From: Malacoraja senta
Taxonomy: Eukaryota
Reading direction: 5' to 3'
Length of the DNA: 64,000 nt
Assembly: GCA_038087875.1 (NCBI GenBank)
Contig: JAXLNO010000627.1
Span: 434,001-498,000 of the forward strand
Shown here: one piece after another, positions 50,205-61,574 of the stretch
Layout of the letters: each line of letters opens with the position of its first letter
Numbering within the stretch: the first letter of the stretch is position 1
Position numbers and translations under genes: made by a program
The notes under the pieces: model-generated
What the model saw: only the letters and a program-made list of their open reading frames with translations
Database searches by the model: none
Told to the model about the DNA's origin: nothing

Positions 50205-50790
50205 TGACAATATGGAATGGGATAAAATGGAATATTTGGTGTCACGTTTAACAAGGCACAGTGAAATTCTTTGCTTGCATTCACAAAGTATGCAAATAGC
50301 GGCCACCTACGGCGCTGACAAAGTTACAAATTAAACTGGCTCCTCCTTTGTTCTCCCCTCTCCCCCATAACGGTTCCCCCACGACGGGTCCCCAATGTCC
50401 ATTGTTCCCCCCCTCCATCACGGTGCCCCCCTACGCCGGGTCCTTCGTTGCTCTTCCCATCCCACCTCACGGCGGTCCCCACACGCTCTCATCGACTGCC
50501 GACCACGGGTGGACTCGCTAGGCGTCGCCGCCACCGCGGTGCTTCACCACCGCCGAGGCCGTATCGCCGCGAAGCTTCACCGCCGCCGAGGCTCCATCGC
50601 TGCGAAGCTTCACCACCGCCGAGGCTCCATCGCCGCGAGGCTTCACCACCGCCCAGGCTGAGGCCCCACCGTCACCGATGCTCAACGCGGCCATTGAGGC
50701 TCCATTCAGCCCAGGCTGGCTTCGCCGACCAGCTTTTCTGCAGCCTCCTGGCGGTCTGTGGGGGCGAGGAATTAGTAGGTTAGCCTATCA
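50205..50790 (-). mobile_element. GC-rich non-autonomous retroposon-like repeat with an internal 30-33 bp tandem array (about 50540-50660)
   Basis: Unit GCTTCACCACCGCCGAGGCTCCATCGCCGCGAA repeated about 4 times; LINE-like short tandem tail near 50210. Confidence 0.5.
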
Positions 50791-50805
50791 TTCGCATTTG
50801 TCGAC

Positions 50806-51210
50806 ACTGGGCCTGTACTCGCTGGTGTTTAGAAGAATTAGGGGACCTCATTGAACCACACAGAATAGTGAAAGGCTTGGGTAGAGTGGATGTGGAGAGG
50901 ATGTTTCCACACGTGGGAGAGTCTAGGACTAGAGGTCATAGCCTCAGAATTAAAGGACGTTATTTTAGGAAGGAGATGAAGATACATTTATTTAGTCAGA
51001 GGGTGGTGACTCATTGCCACAGAAGGCTGTGGAGGCCAAGTCAGTGTATATATTTAAAGCAGAGGCAGATAGATTCTTGATTAGTACAGGTGTCAGAGGT
51101 TATGGGGAGAGGACAGGATAATTGGATTAGGAGGGAGAGATAGATCAGCCATGATTGAATGGCGGAGTAGGCTTGATGGGAGTAGAATTCTACTCCTATC
51201 TCTTATGACC
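50806..51210 (+). mobile_element. CR1 3' fragment
   Basis: ESRTRGHSLRIKG and a CR1 3'UTR. Confidence 0.8.
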
Positions 51211-52079
51211 TGGTGGGTATATGATGACTATATGATTCGGACCGTGGGACGAATATCTGATACACCGACGTGTCGAATATCTGACAGTATCGGGCAGTAT
51301 AGTGCTGGCGGGCAGAGTCGTACAGCATGGGAACCAACCATTAGCACCAGCACTTGGGCCGATACATACACATCGCGGCACTTTCTGCGTAGACACAGTT
51401 GATTGAATTACCCGCCTAGATACTTCTGTAAAGCTGCAGCGACTCTGCTTCAACCACTCTCTCAAGCAGTGTATTTCGGATACTCAACATTCTCTGGGTG
51501 AGAATGCTCCTCTCAGATCCACAAGCGCCGTTCTATATATGTGCACGGCAATACTTTAGACTGGGTGGGAATGTCTCCTCTCAGCACAATGCTGGGCTAA
51601 CCCAGCTGTGTTCCTTTTCGGTACAGTTCAAGTTTATTGAATGATATTTTGACTCTACCTAGTGTCATCGTTGTCCTGCATGGAAACAGGCTCTTTGGTC
51701 AACTAGGTCTTTACCGATCATCATGTCAATCTATACTATTGCCATTTCAATGTATTAATCGCATATCCCTCTGTGACTTGCTCTGTCAAATACATGTTGA
51801 GACGCTTCTTAAATGTTGTTACTCTCCGGCTTCCACTGGCTGCCTATTTCAGATCTGCGGAAGGTTAAGCCGCCTCCTTCGTATCCTACCAATGTCCTGA
51901 CCTTGTAGACACCCTAACCATGGAATACCAAAGCTCACCATCTACACCGTCGCCTCCTTTCGGTATTCTACATTAAACCCTCGTTAGAACTGACCATACA
52001 TTGGTGGGGGTTGTCCGTTTTGGCCGAGTGTTCGTTATAACCGAGTAAGGTATTATCATTGTATGTATTTGAAACAAGG

Positions 52080-52995
52080 AACATAGTCCTCACCTTTCAC
52101 CCCATCAGCTCTCATACACCACGTGATCCTCTGACATGTTCGCTACCACCAACGGGATCCCACCACCAGCCACATCTTCCCCTCTCCACCCCATTCCACT
52201 TTCCGCAGAGACTGTTCCCTCAGCAACTCCCTGGTTAACTCATCCCTTCCTACCCAAACCACCGCCTCCTCGGGTACTTTCCCCTGCAACCGCAGGAGAT
52301 GCAACACCAGACCCTATACCTCCTACCTCGACTCCGGTCTTTGACCCCGAGTCATTTCAGGTGAGGCAGAGGTTCACTTGCACCACCTCCAACCTCATCT
52401 ACAGTTTCTGCTGCTCCAGGTGTGGAATCTTATATATCGGCGAGACCAAGTGCAGGGTTGGCGGTGGTTTCGCTGAACACCTCCGCTCAGTTCACATAAC
52501 CCTACACGATCTCCCGGTTGCTAAACACTGTATGTCCACTTTAATTGCCAAACTGACCTTTCTGCCCTGGGTCTCCTCCACTGCAAGATTGAGCCCTATC
52601 GTGAATTGGCGGAACAGCACCTCATATTTCACTTGAGCAGCTTATGAATATTGTTATGAATATTGACTTCAGTAACTTCAAATAACCTTTGCTTTCCCTC
52701 GCTCTTCATCCCTCCGCCATTCTAGTTATCCGACCAGTCTGTCTGTCCTACTGATTGGATCTTATCTTTGTATTCTTCAGTCACCTTTCCGTAGCTAACA
52801 ACGATCTATTTTACGTTTTCCTTGCAGTGCATCCTCTTTGATGTCCTTTTTCACACCTTACCCTTCCATATCTCAATCTCCCTCTCCACTGACTCTCAGT
52901 CTGAAGACGGGTCTCGACCTGCAACGTCACCCATTCCTATCCAGAGATGCTGCCTCTCTCACTGAGTAACTCTAGCATGTTGCGCCTTTCTTAAC
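52080..52995 (+). mobile_element. Penelope-like retroelement 3' portion (GIY-YIG endonuclease remnant and terminus with a decayed hammerhead at 52901-52928)
   Basis: FTCTTSNLIY...CSRCGILYIGETKCR...FAEH, a GIY-YIG domain with cysteines as in Penelope-like elements; CTGAAGA-c-GGGT(CTCG)ACCT-GCAA-CGTC. Confidence 0.85.
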
Positions 52996-53009
52996 ACTCT
53001 GTATCACCG

Positions 53010-53690
53010 AGTGGCGCCAGCAATGGCAGCCTCGCCAACAGTCTGTCTGTCCTCTCCTTCATTGTGTTTTAATAGTATGCGTTACATGTATGTTTTTAGT
53101 GTTCTTTAACATGTTTTATGTGGTGGATAGTTGGGGGGAGGGTTGAGGGAAACCTTTTTTAATCTCTTACTGTGACGGAGATGCGATTTTTATTCCGTAT
53201 CGTATTACTGCGGCCTAACCATCGTGGAGCTGGCGATCCCTTTGCCAGGGATCAACCTCGGAGCTCCAACCGTGGGTGCTTGTGGACACAACATCACGGA
53301 GCTCGCGGTCTCTGGTCAGAGGCCGACTTCGGGAACTCCAAGCCGGAGGAACTTCGATCGCCCCCGACGCGGGAGTTTCGATTGCCCCGACGCGGGAGCT
53401 TCGATCACCCCGCCGCGGGGGCTTCGCCTGCCGGCTGCGGGAGCTTCGACCGCCCCGACGGATGGTTCGACTGCCCCGACTGTGGGAGTATAAAGAGGAA
53501 GAGTTTTGGACTTGTTTTTGCCTTCCATCACAGTGAGGAATGTGGGGAATCCGCTATGGTGGATGTTTATGTTAACTTTTACGTAGTTGTGTGGCTTGTT
53601 GCTTATTTTTCGTATGGCTGTATGGTAATTCGCGTATCACTGTACCTCAACTGGTACACGTGGCAATAATTGTTCTTTGAAATCTTTCAA
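53010..53690 (+). mobile_element. Non-autonomous retroposon related to 44305-45070, with an internal tandem array of about 22-25 bp units
   Basis: Shared head and subterminal block; CGGGAGCTTCGATCGCCCCGACG-like units at about 53345-53490. Confidence 0.65.
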
Positions 53691-54097
53691 ACCAATGCAT
53701 CTCCTCCATTGCTCTACTTACGACTGGCTGTTATTATCTGATCTGGTTGGATACCATGCAAAACATCGTTTATCATTGTGCATCGGTGCACGTGACAATG
53801 ATAACTCCAAACGAACACCTAACCGATACGGAGTTCCTGCAGAAATGTAACAATTCAGTTTCAGTATGTCTCTCACATTGTTAACGGTTCTACTTTTCAG
53901 ATTACATCGTCATTACATCGTCAATAAATCTATTCAACCCTTTCTTATTTACAGCTTCAATATGGAATATTGTGTCCACTTTTGCCGTTGCTGGTGGGAA
54001 CATTATGCACCTTTGACATTATTTGCTGCCCTCGCTTCGAATTCATATTGTTCCTTTTTCTGTTATTTCACAATTTAAAAAAATCCCTCACTAACCC

Positions 54098-54969
54098 TTT
54101 TTTTTTATTTTATTTTTTAAAATTACATTACATTACATTACAACCACATACATTAGTACTCGTCACTTATGTCTTCTTACAATTAATGTACTCCATTTAT
54201 TTTTTACACTAGAAAAAGAAAAGATTGAAAGAAAGAAGAAAGTGAAGGAAAAAGTGAAAGTGTAGAAAATGTGACAACAAAAAAGGACGAAGACCCTATA
54301 AGAGCAAAATTAAAAAACAAAAGAAAAAGAGTTAAGAAATAGACCCTAGAAAAGAAAGAGAAAGAGAAAGAGGAAAAAGAGGGAAACAAATATTTTTATG
54401 AGCATTACGTAAATGGGACATACCAACTCTTCAACTAGCATCCCCCCTTACCTGACCTCAATTTTTTTTTAAAGTACTTTTGCACCCTATATTTGTAATA
54501 ATTCTATAAATGCAGACCACGTCAGGTGGAAGTGATCTGGTTTACCTGCTAGGAGGAGTCTTATCTCTTCTAGGTGTAATGTTTCGAACATATTTGAAGT
54601 CCACATATTTATAGTTGGTATTGGAGCCTTCTTCCAAAATTTTAGAATTAGCTTTTTTCCAGTTATTAACCCATAGTCCATTAGTTTCTTTTGAAACACA
54701 TTTAGTTCTGGGCCATCTTCTGTTATTCCGAAGATAATCCATTCTGCTTTGGGTATCAGTCTTATTTTAAATAACTTTGTAAAGATTTCAAAAATTTCAT
54801 TCCAAAATTTTTGAATTTTTGTACAGAAAACGAATGAGTGCGCTATAGTAGCTTCTTGGGATTGACATTTATCACTAATAGATGATACATTTGGGAAAAT
54901 TTTATGAATTTTTGTTTTCGAATAATATAATCTATGTAAAATTTTAAATTGTATTAAAGTGTGTCTTAC
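54098..54969 (-). mobile_element. Older (host) L1: 3' end
   Basis: Poly(T) at 54098-54118; ORF2 C-terminus KKLILKFWK...ETLHLEE; continues at 61575. Confidence 0.92.
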
Positions 54970-55162
54970 GGTCTTCCGGTTGCGTCATGCTCTGTTAGCA
55001 GTCGCAAACTTTTTAGCTCCGCTGAAAAAAACGCGTTTTTTCGCGTTAAAATCGGGTCTGGAGGTCGGGACCGTTTTTAAAAACTTACCGGAGCTTCATG
55101 TCGCGGTGCTGATGACGTCATCAGTAAGCGCCGCGATTTTAACGGAGGGAAAGTCATTTTAA

Positions 55163-56158
55163 ATGAAAAGTACATCTCCAGGTCAGAGCCCACAGAGGAA
55201 AATCTCAAAACATCTGCTGAAGACTCTGGAACAGCAAGAAACTTCAGAACTGACCTCTGGAGAGGTCTCTGGAATGGCTACTCGATCTGCAAAAGAGAAA
55301 GCCGAAATGGAGGACTTAAGAAACTCGGTAAGAGATATCAAAAATGATATGGAAGCTGGGAACAGTAAATTGATGGCCGGTAATGATAAAATACTTGAGG
55401 GTATTGAGGCTCTCCAAAAAAGAATTGAAGGTGTGGAAAAAGGATTATCGATAAAAATTGAAAAGCTGGCAGAAGAGACCACAAAGATGTTTGAGGCTGT
55501 GCACGAAACTGTGGCTGCAAATGCATCTGCAGTGAAAGATTTGGAAGCTGCTGTGGAAGTGATGGCTGGAGAGATGCAGACTATGAAGTCAGAAATAGAT
55601 AGTCTCAAGAACCAAGTCAGAAAGGTTTCGAATAAATGTGTTGACCTAGAAGCTCGCTCAAGACGTCAAAATATAAGAATACGTGGTGTAAAAGAGGGAG
55701 CTGAGGGGGACAATGTTTGTGAGTTCGCTGCCAACCTAATTAAACACGTACTGAAGCTACCAGAAGTACCGGTAATTGAAGTAGCACATCGACTCCCCAG
55801 ATTTAAATCAAGATCTCAAGGAGAACATGCCTACCCACGACAGATCATAATTAAACTTCGGGATATCTCAACAATGGAAGCGCTGATGAAAAAAATCAAC
55901 CACGGAGAGAAGATGATGTACAGAGGTGATACTATTAAACTCCTACGGGACTACCCTTATGAGATTGAGCAAAAGAGAAGAAAGTTCTCACAGACCAGAG
56001 AAGTTCTTTATGGTGTTAAGGGAGTTTTGTGTGGAGTGTTCTATCCGGCTAGAATGCGTATTACCTTTGAGGGAGTGTCAAAAACATTCACTAATTCGGA
56101 TGAATCTCTCAAATACGCTCAAGAAATCGCGACTAAGGCTGCATCAACTGGAGATTGA
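55163..56158 (+). CDS. L1 ORF1p (coiled coil, RRM and CTD), 331 aa
   Basis: Heptad repeats followed by DLEARSRRQNIRIRGVKE, EVAHR, PRQII and FYPARMRI. Confidence 0.95.
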   Translation: MKSTSPGQSPQRKISKHLLKTLEQQETSELTSGEVSGMATRSAKEKAEMEDLRNSVRDIKNDMEAGNSKLMAGNDKILEGIEALQKRIEGVEKGLSIKIEKLAEETTKMFEAVHETVAANASAVKDLEAAVEVMAGEMQTMKSEIDSLKNQVRKVSNKCVDLEARSRRQNIRIRGVKEGAEGDNVCEFAANLIKHVLKLPEVPVIEVAHRLPRFKSRSQGEHAYPRQIIIKLRDISTMEALMKKINHGEKMMYRGDTIKLLRDYPYEIEQKRRKFSQTREVLYGVKGVLCGVFYPARMRITFEGVSKTFTNSDESLKYAQEIATKAASTGD

Positions 56159-57376
56159 AAACCAAGATGACATGAACAAACGAACTTGCTTATTCTCCCA
56201 ACAAGAGTATCACAAGGAAAGTGAATTAACTGAACACTGATTTTTTATTTTTTATTTGACTTCAAGCAACAGATTCTTAGTGAGACGTGGCTAGACATTA
56301 TTATCTTCGCTGGAACATTGTGCTATGTAATTCAAGGACACTACGTGCTCAAACGAGGAAAACCTGATAACACGGGACGAACTGCTGGGCTGAGAGTGAA
56401 AAACATCACATGGCTTATATTGTTTATAAAAAACTGAAAAAACTGAGAACTAATAATAATTAATAATTAACAATACTAATATAGAAATAGCAATTGAAAT
56501 AGATAAAAAATGTGCAGCCTGCTCTGTTTAGCAGATAACAGCAAGTGCTATGCAGCTCGAGAGTGGAGGGAGGGGGAGACCGGGTACCTGGCATAACTCC
56601 AGGAGCCAGACTCCCGTTAACCCTTCCAGCGAACAGCTCATTTTTAACAATATTAAAACCAATTTAAAATAGTTAAGAGATAATATACACTCGAGGTTGG
56701 TATGAAAAATATATACGGCTTATATAGTTTTACAAAATGCTGAGAATTAATCATAATTAATAATTAACAATACTAATATAGAAATAATATTTGAAACTGA
56801 TAAAACTGTGGTGCCTGCGTCATAACGCAGACAGCAGTTATCACATATGTTCGCAGCTCGTGGAGAGGAGAGGAGATCAGGCACCTGGCACAATTCCAGG
56901 AACCTGACTCCGGTTAATCCACTCAGTAAACCGCTCACTTTAACAATACTAAATTCATTTTAAAATAGTTAAGAGATAAAGAGTGAGTAGGATATGGAAT
57001 CGAATACATTTGACATATATATAAATTGTAACTGGGTGAAATAGAACTGAATTGGAAATGGTAATGACCCCATAGATTTTGGGTAATAAATACAGCGGGG
57101 CTAACTTTATACCAACTACGCCGGAAGCGTTATGGATGTCGTACCCCACAGACGAGTGGGCCACTCACTACGGTGTTGAAATTTTAGACACCGTAAATTT
57201 ATTTGACTTATATATATTTTTTTTAATCACAATATGTCACATCTGTGTGTTTTTTCTTCAAGGACAATCGCGCAGGAGAACTACCAAGGAAGTCTATAAT
57301 AGAAATACTCCCAAAATAACCAGAGTCCGGAGGTATGAACGCACCATAATAATTAAGGTCATTAAAACTGGTAAAA

Positions 57377-60300
57377 ATGCATGACGACAATCAAAAGAAA
57401 ATAGGAGGAATCACATTATGTAGTTGGAATATAAGGGGGATTAATGAACCTATTAAAAGGGGCAAGATACTAGCTCAGTTGAAATCATACAACACGGACA
57501 TAGCGTTTCTACAGGAAACACATCTTAAACAGCAAGATCAGACAAGACTGAGGGCGAACTGGATAGGCCAAACATTTCACTCTTCATTTACCTCCAAATC
57601 TAGAGGTACTGCAATTATTATTCGTAAAGGAATTCCATTTAAATCAAAGAACACTATTTTAGATAAGGAAGGGAGATATCTTATAGTAGCAGGGGAGATC
57701 AATAATATGCCAATTACGCTGGTAAACATATATGCGCCCAACTTTGATAACCCTCAATTTTTTAATAAAATTCTGAATATAATTGCAGAATCTAATTATC
57801 AAAATGTTATAATCGGAGGAGATTTTAATTGTGTTTTAGATCCTTATTTAGATAAATCGATGCAAAAACAAAAAGGTCAGACGAAATCTAAAACCAGTGA
57901 ACTCTTACATACATATATGGAAAACACAAATATAACAGATGTATGGAGGATTGCAAACCCGACGGGAAGGGATTACTCGTTTTATTCAATGGTGCATAAA
58001 ACATATTCACGGATAGACTATTTTCTTGTGGATACAAAATTAATTCCGCAATCTCTGAATCCTAAATATCATATTAATGCGATCTCAGATCATTCTCCGT
58101 TAACTTTTGTTCTAAAACTAGAAGGAATGTCTATGAATAAACCGTTCTGGAGGTTTAACTCACAAATTTTAAAAGACCCTCAAGGGAGTATCTATCTAAA
58201 AAAACAGATGGATCTATTTTTTGAGTTAAATGATACACCAGAGATATCCCCCACGTTATTATGGGAATCCTTCAAAGCATTTATAAGAGGAGTCATTATT
58301 TCATTTCAAGCTTATCAAAATAAAAAGAATAAGAATGAACAAAGACACTTAGAAGATCAAATAAAACAGTTAGATATAGATAATGCTAAAGACCCAACTA
58401 TGGATAAACATAATAAAATACTACTACTGAAATTTCAGTTAAATAAATTACTGTCAGAGAAAGTTATAACATTATTTCAAATCACAAAACAAGAACACTT
58501 CGAATTCGGGGACAAACCCCACAAACTTCTAGCACGACAACTTAAAAAACGGGAAAAAGAGAATGCAATATTAAAGATTAAATCAGATAGAGGGGAAGTA
58601 TTAACACTACCCAAGGATATTAATAAAAGATTTGCTCAATTTTACCAGAATCTATACACATCTAAAACGTCAATAGACAATAATAAAATCTCAGAATTTT
58701 TAGATAATTGTAATCTACCACAATTAGAACGCAGGGAACAAGAGGAACTGGGAGCACAAATTACTTCTAAGGAGATAGAAGACACAATAAAAACACTAAA
58801 AAATGGAAAAACACCAGGACCAGACGGATTCAGTAATGAATTTTATAAATCTTTTTATGATATAGTTACTCCACGATTACAAAAAATGTATACATATGCT
58901 TATAAAGAGCAAAACCTACCTGAAACACTAGCGGAATCAACGATCATATTAATACTTAAAAAAGATAAAAATATAGAAGAACCAGGATCATATAGAGCTA
59001 TTGCTTTGTTAAATACGGATCAGAAAATAATAGCAAAAACATTAGCCAATAGATTAAGCAAGTATGTTAGTAGACTAATACATGAGGATCAAACAGGATT
59101 TATACCTAAGAGACACTCATTTAATAATTTGAGACGTTTGCTTAACATAATGCATTCACATAAATCTGATGACCAAGAGTTAGCTATCATCTCACTGGAC
59201 GCAGAAAAAGCGTTTGATCAAGTAGAATGGGACTATATGATCAAAGTATTGCAAAAATTCCAATTGGGAGAAAACTTTATTGCATGGATAAAACTACTAT
59301 ATAACAAACCTACGGCTAGAATACTAACTAATAATATATTATCTTCAAAATTCGAATTATCTAGGGGCAACAGACAAGGATGTTCACTATCACCGCTGTT
59401 ATTTGCTTTGGTAATTGAACCCCTTGCTGAAAAAATAAGAACACACTCGAATATTCACGGTTATAACACAAAATATTCAAACAACAAACTATCCCTATAT
59501 GCTGATGATGTACTACTGTACATCACAAAACCACAAATTAGTATACCAAATATATTAAACTTAATTGAGGACTTTGGATCCTTTTCAGGATATAGAATAA
59601 ATTGGAACAAAAGTGAAATTATGTCGATTAAACCAAAAGACTCAACACATCTCAGGAAATTCCCTTTTAAAATAGCTATGGAAAAATTCAAATATTTAGG
59701 AATTGAGATTACTAGAAATTACCATGATATGTTTAAAGCTAATTATAATCCCCTACTTAAGAAATTAAATAATTTGATTAAATTTTGGAAAACACTTCCG
59801 ATGTCCTTAATAGGTAGGATAAATGCTATAAAAATGATTTTCTTACCACAAATCCTTTACCTATTTCAATCAATACCTATATATCTCCCAAAAAAGTTTT
59901 TCAAAAAACTGGACTCAGACATTACAAATTTTATATGGGATTATAAATCCCACAGAATACAAAGAACACACCTTAACAAACGAAAAGAGTTGGGGGGTCT
60001 AGCGCTCCCTAACTTTATGTATTATAACTGGGCAGTAAATATTAAAAATATGATTCACCTGCTGGACAATTCTGCCCAGCAGGTGGACTGGATTATAATG
60101 GAAAAAGGGGATTGCTCCCCGAATAATATAGGAGCGATTATTCTCTCTCCAATAAATTTGAATAATAAAAATTATAATAAAAATCCAATTATATATAGCA
60201 CTATTAGAACATGGAAGCAAATAAAACAGAATCTAAAATTAAGAAACCTATCTCTCTTAATACCAATAGTCAATAACCCATCGTTTAAACCTTCAATCAT

Positions 60301-61168
60301 AGATAAATCATTTATACAATGGGAAAGAATGGGAATCAAAACGCTCGAAGATCTGTATGAATTAGAAAAATTACTATCATTTCAACAACTACAACTGAAA
60401 TATAATTTGAAAAATAATCAATATTTTAAATATCTACAAATCTGTGACTATTTGAAAACACACACAAAAGATTATTATAATATGCCTTCCGACTTACTAG
60501 ATGAAGCAATGAAGACAAAGGCAGAATCAGTTAATTTAATATCATACTTATATAATATCATCTTAAACATAGAAATACCCACAACAGATGGAATTAGAAG
60601 AGATTGGGAACAAGATCTAGGTATAAAAATTTCAAAAGAGAGTTGGGATAATCATTTATTACAGGTGCATAAATGCTCGATCAACGTACGACATACGCTT
60701 ATCCAATTTAAAACATTACATAGATTATATTATTCAAAAACCAAACTAAATAAAATCTTTCCTAACGTCTCACCAATCTGTGATAAATGTATATGTCAAG
60801 AAGCTACCATAGCACATTCTTTTGTTTTTTGTACAAAAATCCAAAAATTCTGGTTTGAAATATTTGATATTTTTTCAAAATTAATCAAAATAAAACTGGT
60901 ACCAAAACCAGAATGGATTATTTTTGGAATATCGGAAGGTATTCCTGAATTAAACGTGTATCAGAAGAATTTACTCAATTATGGGCTAATAATGGGAAAA
61001 AAGCTTATACTTAAATTCTGGAAAAATGCGCCCACACCAACGATAAAAATGTGGACATCAAATATGTTGGAAACATTACATCTGGAAGAGATGAGATTCC
61101 TCCTAGTAGACAAAGTAGACCAATTTCAAAAGACGTGGTCTACGTTTTTGGACCTATTACAAGCATGA
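57377..61168 (+). CDS. L1 ORF2p (APE endonuclease, reverse transcriptase, CCHC), 1263 aa
   Basis: SWNIRG, LQETH, GGDFN, SRIDY and SDH; LDAEKAFD, GNRQGCSLSP, YADD and KYLG; C-terminal CDKC...H...C. No stops. Confidence 0.98.
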   Translation: MHDDNQKKIGGITLCSWNIRGINEPIKRGKILAQLKSYNTDIAFLQETHLKQQDQTRLRANWIGQTFHSSFTSKSRGTAIIIRKGIPFKSKNTILDKEGRYLIVAGEINNMPITLVNIYAPNFDNPQFFNKILNIIAESNYQNVIIGGDFNCVLDPYLDKSMQKQKGQTKSKTSELLHTYMENTNITDVWRIANPTGRDYSFYSMVHKTYSRIDYFLVDTKLIPQSLNPKYHINAISDHSPLTFVLKLEGMSMNKPFWRFNSQILKDPQGSIYLKKQMDLFFELNDTPEISPTLLWESFKAFIRGVIISFQAYQNKKNKNEQRHLEDQIKQLDIDNAKDPTMDKHNKILLLKFQLNKLLSEKVITLFQITKQEHFEFGDKPHKLLARQLKKREKENAILKIKSDRGEVLTLPKDINKRFAQFYQNLYTSKTSIDNNKISEFLDNCNLPQLERREQEELGAQITSKEIEDTIKTLKNGKTPGPDGFSNEFYKSFYDIVTPRLQKMYTYAYKEQNLPETLAESTIILILKKDKNIEEPGSYRAIALLNTDQKIIAKTLANRLSKYVSRLIHEDQTGFIPKRHSFNNLRRLLNIMHSHKSDDQELAIISLDAEKAFDQVEWDYMIKVLQKFQLGENFIAWIKLLYNKPTARILTNNILSSKFELSRGNRQGCSLSPLLFALVIEPLAEKIRTHSNIHGYNTKYSNNKLSLYADDVLLYITKPQISIPNILNLIEDFGSFSGYRINWNKSEIMSIKPKDSTHLRKFPFKIAMEKFKYLGIEITRNYHDMFKANYNPLLKKLNNLIKFWKTLPMSLIGRINAIKMIFLPQILYLFQSIPIYLPKKFFKKLDSDITNFIWDYKSHRIQRTHLNKRKELGGLALPNFMYYNWAVNIKNMIHLLDNSAQQVDWIIMEKGDCSPNNIGAIILSPINLNNKNYNKNPIIYSTIRTWKQIKQNLKLRNLSLLIPIVNNPSFKPSIIDKSFIQWERMGIKTLEDLYELEKLLSFQQLQLKYNLKNNQYFKYLQICDYLKTHTKDYYNMPSDLLDEAMKTKAESVNLISYLYNIILNIEIPTTDGIRRDWEQDLGIKISKESWDNHLLQVHKCSINVRHTLIQFKTLHRLYYSKTKLNKIFPNVSPICDKCICQEATIAHSFVFCTKIQKFWFEIFDIFSKLIKIKLVPKPEWIIFGISEGIPELNVYQKNLLNYGLIMGKKLILKFWKNAPTPTIKMWTSNMLETLHLEEMRFLLVDKVDQFQKTWSTFLDLLQA

Positions 61169-61574
61169 GGTGCAATAGTAATTTAGAAAAACAAATAAAT
61201 AAATAAAAGGTATCTGGACCTGGTAATGGGAGGTAAAACAAAAACAGACTTGGTTGGTAGTTCCTTCTCTATGAAGTATGTTATAAGAGTTATAATAGAG
61301 CGATTGTTCCTTCTTTCTTTCTCTTTCTTTTCTAGGGTCTATTTTCTAACTTTACTTCCTTCTCTAACTTCTTTTCTAAGGGGCTTTCTTTTCCCAACAC
61401 TCTTTTGCACTTCACAACCTTTGCGCACTTTCTTCACTTTTCTTACTTCTTTCTTTTTCTTTCTTAAAGTTTAAAAAAGTGAAGCGGTACAAAAAATGTA
61501 TTAATATATACGTGTTGTACATTACTGTAATCTACCGTACTTCTATTAAAAAAATTATTAAAAAAAAGAAAAAA

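Larger units (their letters stand above)
54970..61574 (+). mobile_element. Full-length, potentially active L1-clade LINE (about 6.6 kb)
   Basis: 14-bp TSD AAAGTGTGTCTTAC (54956-54969 and 61575-61588) at a TT/AAAG endonuclease site; CpG-rich 5'UTR; two intact ORFs; poly(A) tail. Confidence 0.97.

Noticed and set aside
56556..56935. Twister or HDV-like ribozyme in the L1 spacer (AGTGGAGGG, TTAA and GCGAA motifs)
   Set aside because: I could not build the required pseudoknots and conserved loops in both copies, so it is reported only as a structured RNA candidate.
57079..57384. 101-aa ORF overlapping the L1 ORF2 start
   Set aside because: Non-ATG start and no recognisable motif; cannot be supported as a third L1 ORF without conservation data.
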